Shown piece after piece: positions 24,840 to 36,113 of a DNA stretch of 64,000 nucleotides. Positions within the stretch are counted from its first letter, which is position 1; every line of letters begins with the position of its first letter. The position numbers and the translations under genes are program-made. Source of the stretch: Pachysolen tannophilus NRRL Y-2460 (Eukaryota). The stretch lies in NCBI GenBank assembly GCA_001661245.1, contig KV454013.1, positions 501,981 through 565,980 of the forward strand, written 5' to 3'. The notes below the pieces were generated by a model. It saw nothing but the letters and a program-made list of their open reading frames with translations. It was not told where the DNA came from and ran no database searches.

Positions 24840-26279
24840 TATAACTTATATCAAGAAAGGAATATAAAATTATTTATATAAATTCTAATTGAACTTTCAA
24901 GTACCTGGGAATTAAGATGAGAATAAAAAAAAATTGTTGGAGAGAAGGAAAGAAAAGCAAAAAGAAAACACGGAGCCTAATAATAAAATAGGTTTAAAAA
25001 AAAAAAATTTAAAAATTAAAGAAATGAGTTATAAACCGGTCCTGAGTCTCGGTTCCGCTCTATTTTGAGAGCCAATGGTAATTTTTCTTTATGTAATGCA
25101 TTTAGTTAACTGGTACCTTTGCCCCGTACCATAATGTATGGTATCACTACATAGAAAAAAAATACAAAAGGTTTTGGTAAAAGGCAAAAAAAAAAAAATA
25201 AATAAATTTGTAGACATGTATTATTTGAAGACGATGAAGGAGTTTACAGACTCAATGGGTGTTTGTGTATAGTTGTTTTTAATTAATTAATTCTTGTAAT
25301 TATCTATTTGGTCTTGTTCATTAATGAGTTTTTTTTTTTCTTACCTAAATTTTAGAGATGAGCGTTTTAGTTACGGTGAGCGGCTAATCCGAGATAAAAG
25401 TTCCGGTCTCAGGCCGGTCAACAAAATGCAACCAATTTGCATTGGGTCATTCAGCGCCTGCAGACTGATAATAATTTTTAGCTACTTTTACTACTACAAC
25501 TACTTTTGCGTGCGTCAAGGAGAAGATTTTTTTTTTTGCAGGTTTTAGGAAAAGATTTTTAATACTGTAGATATAACATTGATTTCGAGTTCAACAGTTA
25601 GGTTAGGTTAGGTTAAATTGAAATTTCAATTTTAAGAAATTGAATTCAACTTAAACTTTTCTTTCAAAATTATTATACCGTATAAGAAACTTTGAGATTT
25701 GGTGTCTGGTGACTTTGACCTTGACCTTGACCTTGGATCCCATTTCAAGCCTAACATAGTAGAAGATGCGATCGCGGACATACTATCTTTATGATGATAT
25801 CAACATTAAAAGCTTCTCCTAGAAAAATTTGAACTTCTCCGTTGACGACGAAGTTTTCTGTGTAATCTTTTTTCAAAAAATTATTATTGGCGACTGAGCA
25901 AGCATTTTTTTTGTCCTTATTCTTTTATTTAAAGTTTGCTAGGTGCAAGATTATTGCGAAGGTTCCGATCTCGCTATATTTCTTAAAAGCCGAATCTCGG
26001 TAAACGAAATATAAAAAAAAAAAAAATAACAATAAAGGTAGTGGACAAAAAAAAAATAAAAACTAAAAGCGCACATATTGCGTAAGCATTTACATTTGCC
26101 AAATGCGGTTCGTTCCTTTCAAAAATAAAAGTAGTGCGCTAAAATACAAATAAATTTTTCAATCAAGAAAAAATGAAAAAAGGTAATAATTGAGAAAACT
26201 GAACCACCGACCAAAGCATATACATTTAAACATATATATATATATATATATATATGGCTCTTAAGTATACTATAGGATT

Positions 26280-27056
26280 ATGAAGATTCAAACAAATGCT
26301 CTTAATGTTCTTGAAAGGACGTCACATTACTTGAAATCTGGGCTATTGAAAAAACAGCCGCTATGGTATAAAGTTGTTGCTGCTTATCCACCTCAAAAAG
26401 ATTTAACTAGAAAAGTTAAAAGAGTAAATGAAGTTTTAAAGAATGCTTCTGAATTGGAACCTTCTAAGAAACTGTTATATAAGACTAGGATACAACCAAA
26501 TCGTCTTAAAAATAAGTTGTACCAGTCACAGAAATTGAAATTCTTGGAGGATGATTTGAGAAAATTATTTTATGAACAACACCCATGGGAATTAGCTGAT
26601 CCTAAAAATTTAATTGAAAATGAAAAAATAATGCACAAGACTTTAAATTGGAAAACAATAAGACAATTATATGTTCCATTAAGTGGTGAATCAGTTGTAC
26701 AGAGAACTTTATATATACTTGAGAATGAAAATTTATCATTATTAAATGCTTATGATAAGGCAAGATTTGAATATTATAGAGTTAAAATTGAACAAGAATC
26801 AGAAGAAAATATTTCAAAAGAAGAATCACTGATGTATGGTGCTGTCTTTGATAAATCCTTGGTTGAATTTGGTTTCAACAAAGAACAAGAAATAATTGAA
26901 AAATGGAAACAAGACGCAGAAGCTGCTACTCAATTGTTAGAAGCTAGATTCAGTAGTAGAACTACAGCTGCTGAAGAAGAATCAGGTCCTCAAGATAAAG
27001 AAGATGTTTTTGGACTTGAGAATATAGAGAGCTTTGATGATGTTGCAAAATCGTGA
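26280..27056 (+). CDS. RSM25: Mitochondrial small ribosomal subunit protein mS23
   Basis: MKIQTNALNVLERTS...FYEQHPWELADP...LSGESVVQRT...AYDKARFEYY. Confidence 0.93.
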   Translation: MKIQTNALNVLERTSHYLKSGLLKKQPLWYKVVAAYPPQKDLTRKVKRVNEVLKNASELEPSKKLLYKTRIQPNRLKNKLYQSQKLKFLEDDLRKLFYEQHPWELADPKNLIENEKIMHKTLNWKTIRQLYVPLSGESVVQRTLYILENENLSLLNAYDKARFEYYRVKIEQESEENISKEESLMYGAVFDKSLVEFGFNKEQEIIEKWKQDAEAATQLLEARFSSRTTAAEEESGPQDKEDVFGLENIESFDDVAKS

Positions 27057-27080
27057 AATTATAAAATTTAAGTTTTTTTT

Positions 27081-28061
27081 TTATTTTTTTTCAACTATTT
27101 TGTATATAAAATCATAAAATTGTAAATAAAAAATGCTATACGTTATCTCATTAATTTTTTTTTTCAAAATAATTTTAAATAAATGACATCTTTTTTGCCT
27201 AAATTCCTCATATTCTTTATAATCAATAATTTCTTGAACTTGAAAAGTCTTCTTTAACATTTTGAAGAATTTTAAATCACATTTCCTTCTTTTAACAGAA
27301 GCCATTAAGATTACAGTTTCCTTATCTTCATGTTCTTGGTTTAATTTACTTAACCTAATTAAAGTATCTCTCAATGCATCAAATGCCCTTGGATCATAAA
27401 CACAATCAGCAGCTAGCACTAAATCACATTTTTTGTTATCATGAGTTAAATAATCGGGTAATTTTTCATTATTCCAATCCAATTCTTGTGCAGAAATAGA
27501 TGATTCTAAATTATTCAATCGAATATTTTTTGATAATATTGGTAATACTAAAGGTAAATCAGTTAAATAAATTTTCCTAGAAGATAACAGCAAAGAACTT
27601 TTTAATAATAATCCTAAACTTAATCCAACAACACCAGTACCACTTCCAATTTCAACAATCTTGTTGATTTCCAAATTATTTTCTCTTTGTACTTTATCCA
27701 AATTTTCTAAAAGATATATAGATAATAATTTCCCAGCAGTCCACAATTTCCCACCACATCCAGCATTTAACCCATTATCTTCACTTACCACAAGTTTGGG
27801 AATCTCATCATTCTCAGAACAAATACCAGAAGAAATTAAATTTTGTTTTATCAGATCATCTATCGAAGAAATATCTAATGAAGTCAGTCCTGTTGTTTCT
27901 ATGGTATCTGCTACATTTGGAATAGCAACATAATCATCAGTGAAATCCAAGATAAAACTATCAACTTCTTCTTCGTGTGCTATCACTTCCGAAATACCAG
28001 CCAATACAACTTTAGATTTCGGTATAATCGTTGTTAACGATGGAGTCACGATTGGAACCAT
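27081..28061 (-). CDS. EFM6: Protein-lysine methyltransferase (family 16, Efm6-like)
   Basis: GCGGKLWTAG, VEIGSGTGVVG, LAADCVY motifs. Confidence 0.8.
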   Translation of the reverse strand: MVPIVTPSLTTIIPKSKVVLAGISEVIAHEEEVDSFILDFTDDYVAIPNVADTIETTGLTSLDISSIDDLIKQNLISSGICSENDEIPKLVVSEDNGLNAGCGGKLWTAGKLLSIYLLENLDKVQRENNLEINKIVEIGSGTGVVGLSLGLLLKSSLLLSSRKIYLTDLPLVLPILSKNIRLNNLESSISAQELDWNNEKLPDYLTHDNKKCDLVLAADCVYDPRAFDALRDTLIRLSKLNQEHEDKETVILMASVKRRKCDLKFFKMLKKTFQVQEIIDYKEYEEFRQKRCHLFKIILKKKINEITYSIFYLQFYDFIYKIVEKK

Positions 28062-28973
28062 CAGTGGATTATTTGAAAGAAAAAATATTTGAATTTAAAA
28101 AGAGAAAAAAAAAAAAAGGAAAATTTTTTTTTTAAATTTGCACCTGATTTTATCACTCTTCATAAGCTTGAAAAAGAAAAGATATGAACCACCACAGCTC
28201 TCAACAGTAAAAATCTAGAGATATTATAAAGTCCATAAATATGAAGTTATTTAATACCCGAAAAAAAAAAAAGAAAATATCAATTAAATCTTGCATGAAA
28301 AATGCGACTGCACACTACAAACTCAAACTCAAACGGTTTTCAGTTTGGTATTTAATACCGTTCCGTTCAATAAGCAAATTATGAAAATACAGAGATTCAG
28401 ACGATTTTTGGCTTGCGAAATAAATTTTTAACTTCCAAATTTCTCAAAGAATAACAAGTACCCAAAAGAACTTATCATGTTTCTGATCTCTTGATTAAAA
28501 AAAATTCATATTTCACTATGTTTAAAAGTTGGTTGATAATTGAATAAAGAGTGGGAACAATAAATTTCCTCTTTCTGATGTTTTGATGTATGGGCCACTA
28601 CCTGGGTCTATCCGTTGGTAATGCTGTTAATAGTTTGTTCTAGAGGTGATGAAAGAGCTTGTTAAACGGCAGTAACGATGAAGGTGATCCTCACGGTGGT
28701 AATTTGTTTTTTCATAGCAACTAAAGATTATATGGTGGTATAATTCCTACATGTTCGAAATCAAAAAAAAAAAAAAATGTAGACGATTTAATGAATAAAT
28801 AGGTAAATAATAATAAATAAAATAAATATAATAAATATAATAAATAAACAGCAGTCCGAGATATCTCTTGCTGGAAGCTAATAAATAAATAAATAAATGA
28901 ATAAATAAAAATCGAAAAGTTATGAATCATTTGAAAAAATGAAAGCAATGGTGATCTAAAAGAAAAGATATTT

Positions 28974-29849
28974 CTATTTTTTCTTTTCGTCTTTATTTTC
29001 CGGTTCTGGTTCAGGCTTTGGTTGTGCCAACTTGAAAGCTTCTGGAGTTGCATCTTTTCCATCACCAACTTGATCCCAGACCGATGAGCCCACCGTGAAA
29101 TTTCTCCATGCCTGAGTCAATTCTAATGGTTCATAAACAATTCTTCTCTTTTCACTATCATATCTAATTTCCGTGTATCCACTTGTTGGAAAATCCTTGC
29201 GCATAGGATGACCTTCAAATCCATAATCAGTCAAGATTCTTCTTAAATCCAGGTTTCCTTCAAAGAAAATTCCAAACATGTCATAAGTTTCACGTTCTGC
29301 CCAATGGACACCTTTAAATAATTCAGTCACACTCGGAACCGGTGATATTTCAGAAGCATAAGTTTTAACTCTAATTCTGGAATTCAATCTAACCGAAAGT
29401 AAATTATAAACAACATCAAACCTATTTGTTTTGGAAGGGTAATCTGCAGCGGTAATATCCATACAAGCTTTAAATTGACATGAACCATGGTCTCTTAGAA
29501 AAGTCATAACCGGTATCAACCCGGTTGGTCCAACGCATATGGTTAATTCATCTTTCCAAACAGTAAACTGCTGAATAAATTTAGGTAAGCATGACATCAA
29601 ATATCTACCAAACTTGTGCAATTCCTCAATTTGATCTTTATACTTATCATTTGGATCATAAACAGGGACATTGAGTTCAACATCATCATAATTTTTCCGA
29701 GGTAATTTTCGAAGATCAGTAAGCTCATGATCTTCACCAGCAATAGGATTTAAATTCTTCAAAGTTGATGAAAATGATCGTGAATTTCTAATGACATTGA
29801 CAACAGGTTTATTATTTAACCTTCGAATAAAATTTTTGCAAACAAACAT
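28974..29849 (-). CDS. NADH:ubiquinone oxidoreductase 30 kDa subunit (NDUFS3/NUGM)
   Basis: RFDVVYNLLS, ERETYDMFG, DLRRILTDYGFEGHPMRKDFP; start at MFVCK. Confidence 0.95.
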   Translation of the reverse strand: MFVCKNFIRRLNNKPVVNVIRNSRSFSSTLKNLNPIAGEDHELTDLRKLPRKNYDDVELNVPVYDPNDKYKDQIEELHKFGRYLMSCLPKFIQQFTVWKDELTICVGPTGLIPVMTFLRDHGSCQFKACMDITAADYPSKTNRFDVVYNLLSVRLNSRIRVKTYASEISPVPSVTELFKGVHWAERETYDMFGIFFEGNLDLRRILTDYGFEGHPMRKDFPTSGYTEIRYDSEKRRIVYEPLELTQAWRNFTVGSSVWDQVGDGKDATPEAFKLAQPKPEPEPENKDEKKK

Positions 29850-30335
29850 TCCAAATTTATCTAAAGAAAACCAGATAAAAAAAAAAAAAAAAAAAAATAA
29901 CACAATTATCAAACAACAAAAAGTATTTAGATACAAATACTATTCGCCTCTCGTTTGATACAACAACTTGATTCTTTTGGTTTAAGTTTCCTTCTAAACT
30001 ATTGAATATTATTATAATTGATTACTTTAGAAATTTTAGGTTCTCAATTGGTCCAGTAGAAATTGTTTCCGAAGTACACTACTGCTTCTCCACAATTTTT
30101 GATAAAATAATCTAAGTTAAGTGCAATTGAAAAGTATACTTTTATTATAAATGTTAAATCAGAGAAAAATGTTGGGAATGGAGATTATTATCAGTAAAGC
30201 TACAAGACCCAAAGGAAAAAAGGTTGAAAAAAATAGGGAGAAAAGAAAAAAAAAGAAAAGAAAAGAAAAAAACAAAAACAAAAAGGGAAAGGAGGAAAGC
30301 AAGAAAATTGAAACGAGAAACATTAGTTATTGTAT

Positions 30336-32007
30336 TTAATGATTTCTATCTGCAGTACGAGGTTTAGCACGGATGATATTGTCTACTCTCAATAAGACTT
30401 CAGCAGCCTCACTTGCAGAATTAACAACTGCAAATTTTAATTTGTAACTTTCAACCACTCCCAATTCTCTCATGTCAGCAATTTTACCATTATTTAAATC
30501 AAGACCTGAGGTTATCATTCCGTTATAAATACTTGATCTTAATTTTGTAACCAATTCACTTGAATCGAAACCTGCGTTATCACATAAAATTGTTGGTAAT
30601 TGTCTTAATGCCTTGGCAAAAGATTCAATTGCAAGAGCTTTTTTACCTTCTGAATTTTGAGCAACTTGTTCTACAGCTTTTGACATGATCATTTCTGAAC
30701 AACCACCACCCAACACAGTTTTTGTTTCTCTTGTTGTTTGTGATAAAACTGAAAGAGCATCATGTATAGATCTTTCAGCTTCATCAAGAACTTGTTCAGT
30801 TGCTCCTCTTAATACAATAGTACATGCTTCACCATCTTTACAACCACTAAATTTTGTCATTACATCTTCTCCAATTATAATTTCTTCAATTTTATCACAA
30901 TAACCCAATTTTGCCTTTTCAGGACGATCAAATGTAGATACTACTTCACCACCTGTAACTAATGCTAATCTTTCAACACCTTCAAAATCTGCATGTTCTA
31001 TAGTATTAATACCAGCATCGGAAAATAATTGTTCTGGCCAATCATAAATTAATTGTCTATTAATAAAACAATTAATATCAAATTTTTTAATTTTTTCAAC
31101 TTTATTTTTCATTTTTAATTTTTCAGCTTTTTCTAAATCAGCTAATTTACTTGTAGAATCAACTTTAAATTTTGCACCAAAAATTTTAACTTTATCAGTA
31201 TCCATTGAAGTATTTGCAATTAAAATTCTACAATTTTCAATTTTTTTAGGTTGATCAACACCAAATCTCTTATTTAATATGAAACCTTCATCTAAGAAAG
31301 AATCTGATAATTTACCACCAATTTTTTTAATAATTTGAATACGTTCTAAATTTGTTGAACCTTTTAATCTTAATATTGCATCTACTGCTAATTTAGCAAA
31401 ATATTCTTTATCTTGAGATAAAATCTTTGAAGATAATGTTGTTCTCGCAATATTTAATAAATCTTTTTTAAATAATTCTGAATTTAATCCATTATCAACA
31501 GCAACTTTATCTAATGCATCAATTGCTGCTTTACATGAAATTCTATAACCTTCAATAATAGTTTGTGGATGTATTTTTTGATCAATCAATTTTTCAGCCT
31601 CCCTCAACAACTCTGCAGCCAATACAGTGACAGAAGTGGTACCATCACCAACTTCATCATCTTGTACTTTTGAAATATTCACCAATACTTTTGCCGCTGG
31701 ATTATCTAAAGGAATAGCTTTCAAAATAGTAGCACCATCATTTGTGACTAAAGACTGACCTGTTGAAGCACTCTGGAGCAATTTATCCATTCCTTTTGGA
31801 CCAAGAGTAGTCTTAACCAAATCCCCAACTGCTATAGCTCCTACAAAAGCAGAAAGTCTAGCATTTTCAGCTCTTTCTTCTGTGACTTTATCACCAAAAA
31901 TTTGAACCGACTATAAATAAAAAGAAAAAGAAAAAGAGAAAAGAAAAAATCGTTAATATACTTGAACCGCCTTAAAAAACATGAATTCCATTGATATAAC
32001 TTACCAT
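30336..32007 (-). CDS. CCT2: Chaperonin CCT beta subunit; exon 1 is the ATG only (32007-32005), exon 2 is 31910-30336
   Basis: Spliced N-terminus [45 protein letters not shown]. Confidence 0.96.
31911..32004 (-). other. Spliceosomal intron in CCT2 (94 nt) with non-canonical branch point
   Basis: ATG|GTAAGT; TATTAAC (31958-31952); pyrimidine tract; TAG. Confidence 0.9.
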
Positions 32008-33546
32008 TTAGTCTATAAATAAAAAAAAACTATATTCAATTTTTAAATAGCTTTATAATTTTTAAATTATTGATGATTATAATTGAATCAATTCTTCCTA
32101 TAAATTTTTCTTCGCTCACTATTTTGTTAGTTACGCGACAATATATTTTCTTTGGAAGAAAAGAAAAAAAAATGTAAAAAAAAATTACAACATTACTTTG
32201 ATCTTTTAAACACGACGACAATTTGTTTTTTTTTTAAAAAATCTCCTATTACTTTTCCTTTTCCGGAGAAGTGTAATAGTAAGTTTCCTACTAGGAGAAA
32301 CTAGTTTTTTTTTGCCTTTTTTTTTGTTTTTTTTCCTTTTTTTTTCTTTTTTTTTCTTTGTTGTCGAGCAAAACGATTAATAGTTTTCATTTAGTAAATA
32401 TTTAAATCCCCTTTTTTAGAATGCAGGTTTAACCCTGAAATCAAGTATTTGGAATATTGATTATTCTAAAAAAAGTAAGTAATGGATTGAGATTAGTAGG
32501 AAACTGTTGTTATTTATTTCTCTATGATTTGATTTATTTAATGATGATTTAAATTTTACTGCGTTATCGTATTGACTGGTTGTTTAATTACCGCCAAGGA
32601 AAACACTTTTTACAGAAAATTCTGAAACATATTTATCTTTTCCATACTTTGATGGAAGAAGAAAGGAGGCAATAAGGAAGGGAATAAAAGACACAGTGGA
32701 TTTACAACTTTTGAAAAAAAAAAATTTTTTTTTCTTTCTATAAAAATAAATAATAAATACTAACTCAACATTAACCCCAGCACCTTTTGCTTTGTTATTT
32801 TTTTTAGTTTTCTTTAAGCTGTAGAGAGAAAAGTACAAACAGTACTCTACGCCTTCTCATCTTGATGGTTATGGCTAACTTTTTTTTTTTCCATCTTCAT
32901 CTTTATATTCCCAGTATCTAATCTAATCAACTTTTATCTTCTTTGTTTCTTTATTTTTTTCCTTTTTTTATAAGGGAGAAAAGGGTCGTGTAACAACATA
33001 GTAGAAAAGTTATGTCGAATCACTTTTAAAATAAAAAATCTTAACAGCGGTTAAATATAATAATTTTATAAAATATATAATTTATAATATTTAAACCAAA
33101 TTATATTAATCACCGAGTTACGTTAACGTTTCCTCGAGGTTTTTTTTTAACCATTTCTCAATCCTTTGAGTTGATTTCATTTTTAAAGTTATAAATTTTG
33201 TTTTTTTTTTTTTTTTTTTTTTTTTTTCTTCTTCTTTTTTTATTAGTTGCGTTTGTTTTATAGTTTAGGTACGGAGATTTTTTATCAGGTTTTGTATTTT
33301 TGTTTGGATCTGTTTGACCTTAAAAGTTTCTGATTCTTTCTTGTATTATTGGTCATATCGGTTGCATCTTAGTAATTAATTAATTACAAAAAAAATTTTT
33401 TTTCCTTTATTCTTTCTTTCACATTAGATGACACCACGTTAGTGTATTCAAATCATATAACAAAAGCAAAATAGCATAAATAGTGAATTTTTAAAAAATT
33501 AATTTATGTATATGTTCAAAGAACAAGAATAATAATTCACTCAATA

Positions 33547-35070
33547 ATGTCAAGAGAAACAGATGAAGAACGAGAGAAAAGATATCATAAGCTTTTTGAT
33601 GAAATTGATGTAAAGAAAACTGGTAAGATATGTTCTAATGATTTTATAGATACTTTTAAAAAAAGAAATCATCCTTTACAAAATTCTGAAATTGCAATAA
33701 TTGAAATTTTCCATGCTTTTGATTCAAATAATGAAAATTATATAGATTACAAACGTTTTAAAGAATATTTAATTCAAGCTGAAGAACAAATATTACATGG
33801 ATTTAATACATTGGATTTAGATAATGATGGACGACTATGTAAAGATGATATAAGACATTATTTAAAAAATTATTTAAATATAGAACCCAGTGATCTGGAA
33901 ATTAATAAGTTTTTCAATAGCTTGGATTATAGAAAAGATGGTATTATAACTTATGATGAATTTAGAGATTTTTTATTATTTATGCCTAGATTACATGGTT
34001 CAAGAATTAGAACTGCATATCAATTTTTTAATGATAAATTGGAATTTACCAATTCTGAAGGTGATGTTACCGTTTTAGATGATTTTTTAAAAGGTTTTGG
34101 ATTTTTCTTAGCTGGAGGATTATCAGGTGTAATATCAAGAACTCTGACTGCTCCTTTTGATAGAGTAAAAGTATTTTTAATTGCAAGAACAGATTTAACT
34201 TCAACTTTTTTACATTCAAAATTAGAAATTGAAAATAATATTGAACTTTTAAAACATCAAAAGATTACAGAACCAAATAAAATAAAATCACCTATAATTA
34301 AAGCTGCTAAAACTTTATATAGACAAGGTGGTATTAAAGCTTTTTATGTTGGTAATGGTTTAAATGTTTTGAAAGTTTTCCCAGAAAGTGCAATGAAATT
34401 TGGTTCTTTTGAAATTGCTAAAAGATTTTTATGTACTGTTGAAGGAGTTGATGATCCAACACATTTATCCAAAATTTCTACTTATCTTTCAGGTGGTTTT
34501 GGTGGTGTTGTTTCTCAATTTGCCGTATACCCAATAGATACTTTAAAATATAGAGTCCAATGTGCACAATTAGATTCTAATCTTAGAGGTACACAATTAT
34601 TAATTAAAACAGCAAAGGAAATGTATTCAGATCATGGAATCAAAATTTTTTATAGAGGCTTATTAGCTGGTGTCACTGGTATTTTCCCTTACGCTGCATT
34701 AGATTTAGGTACATTTTCCACCATAAAAAAATGGTATTTCCAAAAAGAAAGTAAAAGAACAGGTATACCTGAAGATGACATTAAATTACCAAACCATATA
34801 GTATTATCAATGGGTGCTGTAAGTGGTACTTTTGGTGCTTCTATGGTTTATCCAATTAATTTGTTGAGAACAAGATTACAAGCTCAAGGTACTTTTGCAC
34901 ATCCACATAGATATAATGGATTTTTCGATTGTCTGAGAAAAACTATAATGAGAGAAGGTTATTCTGGGCTATACAAAGGTTTAACTCCAAACTTATTAAA
35001 AGTTGCTCCATCTGTAAGTATATCATATTTGTGCTATGAAAATTTGAAAAGCTTGTTTCATTTGGAATAA
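33547..35070 (+). CDS. SAL1: Ca2+-binding mitochondrial ATP-Mg/Pi carrier
   Basis: N-terminal EF hands (DLDNDGRL) plus three carrier repeats (APFDRVK, YPIDTLK, YPINLLRTRLQ). Confidence 0.95.
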   Translation: MSRETDEEREKRYHKLFDEIDVKKTGKICSNDFIDTFKKRNHPLQNSEIAIIEIFHAFDSNNENYIDYKRFKEYLIQAEEQILHGFNTLDLDNDGRLCKDDIRHYLKNYLNIEPSDLEINKFFNSLDYRKDGIITYDEFRDFLLFMPRLHGSRIRTAYQFFNDKLEFTNSEGDVTVLDDFLKGFGFFLAGGLSGVISRTLTAPFDRVKVFLIARTDLTSTFLHSKLEIENNIELLKHQKITEPNKIKSPIIKAAKTLYRQGGIKAFYVGNGLNVLKVFPESAMKFGSFEIAKRFLCTVEGVDDPTHLSKISTYLSGGFGGVVSQFAVYPIDTLKYRVQCAQLDSNLRGTQLLIKTAKEMYSDHGIKIFYRGLLAGVTGIFPYAALDLGTFSTIKKWYFQKESKRTGIPEDDIKLPNHIVLSMGAVSGTFGASMVYPINLLRTRLQAQGTFAHPHRYNGFFDCLRKTIMREGYSGLYKGLTPNLLKVAPSVSISYLCYENLKSLFHLE

Positions 35071-35257
35071 TGATTTACCTCATTTTTTTTTTTTTTTTTA
35101 TTTTCTTCTTTCTTTTTTTCTTTAACCCAATTTTTTTTCTTTAATCATTATTTATTTATTAGGATATGTGTATATAAATTTCTGTGTTTTCTGTCCATTA
35201 ATAGATACTTCAATATGTATATATTACATTTATCAAAATCAAAATAATCTTATATAA

Positions 35258-35932
35258 TTATTTTTTGCCTAGACTTACTTCATAACAAGTATTGAACTTG
35301 ATGTAACCAACATCAATGTCATTCAACAGATATAATTTCCTTGTATCATGGCCATTATTATTCTGGCTTCCTACAAAATCATCATCGTCATAAATCAATT
35401 CATTACCATTGCCATTACCATCACTGTATAATTCTAAAAATATTTTAAATTTATACTCACTCTCTTTCCCCATATTAATTTCTTTTAAACACCTTAAATT
35501 ATCAATCAACGAAATTAAGTTCCGCTTAAATGATGAATAAATATCATACCAATCCAAACCATCAATCACCAAATCCGTACCAATACTGTTTCCTGTAGCA
35601 TTTCCTAGCTTATTACCAATATATTCTTCCAAATTAACGTTAAAACATTCAACTATAGCATCCAGTTTAGTTATATCTACTATTGCAAATTTAATCAGAA
35701 CAATCTCAGAAAGTAATCCCGTATTAATCTTATTCAAAAATTGAGAAATGTAATTTTGAACATCAGGATGCCTATTAATTGGAACTTTTAACTTAAAAGA
35801 TTGATGATAAGCAAAAGAATCATGTGGATATAAATTTCTATAGTATAAAATGATATTTATCGATGATTTCAAATATTCTAATAATAACAAATTGATATTC
35901 TTAACAGAAGCTGGGATATCATTTTGATCCAT
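35258..35932 (-). CDS. REV7: HORMA-domain DNA polymerase zeta subunit
   Basis: INIILYYRNLYP...VPINRHPDVQNYI; CCT2/AXL2 neighbourhood. Confidence 0.85.
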   Translation of the reverse strand: MDQNDIPASVKNINLLLLEYLKSSINIILYYRNLYPHDSFAYHQSFKLKVPINRHPDVQNYISQFLNKINTGLLSEIVLIKFAIVDITKLDAIVECFNVNLEEYIGNKLGNATGNSIGTDLVIDGLDWYDIYSSFKRNLISLIDNLRCLKEINMGKESEYKFKIFLELYSDGNGNGNELIYDDDDFVGSQNNNGHDTRKLYLLNDIDVGYIKFNTCYEVSLGKK

Positions 35933-36113
35933 CACTCTCTATAAACTTGTTAAGCAATAATTTATCATAATAATAATAATAATTATTATTATTAACGGTT
36001 TTTCATACCAGATCAATTTTTCAAGTTATTTATTTACCTTTAAATTAATTAAATAAATAAAAAAAAGCACGTCTAAAAAGAAATAGTTACTCATGGATTT
36101 TGATACAAGATAA

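Noticed and set aside
25597..25736. (GTTAG)n and (TTGACC)n short tandem repeats upstream of ACO1, telomere-like at first glance
   Set aside because: Only 3-4 units in a genome full of slippage repeats
27081..27160. EFM6 C-terminal tail reaching to within 24 bp of the RSM25 stop
   Set aside because: It follows a poly-A run where a 1 nt indel would create an earlier stop; likely a homopolymer error or neutral extension
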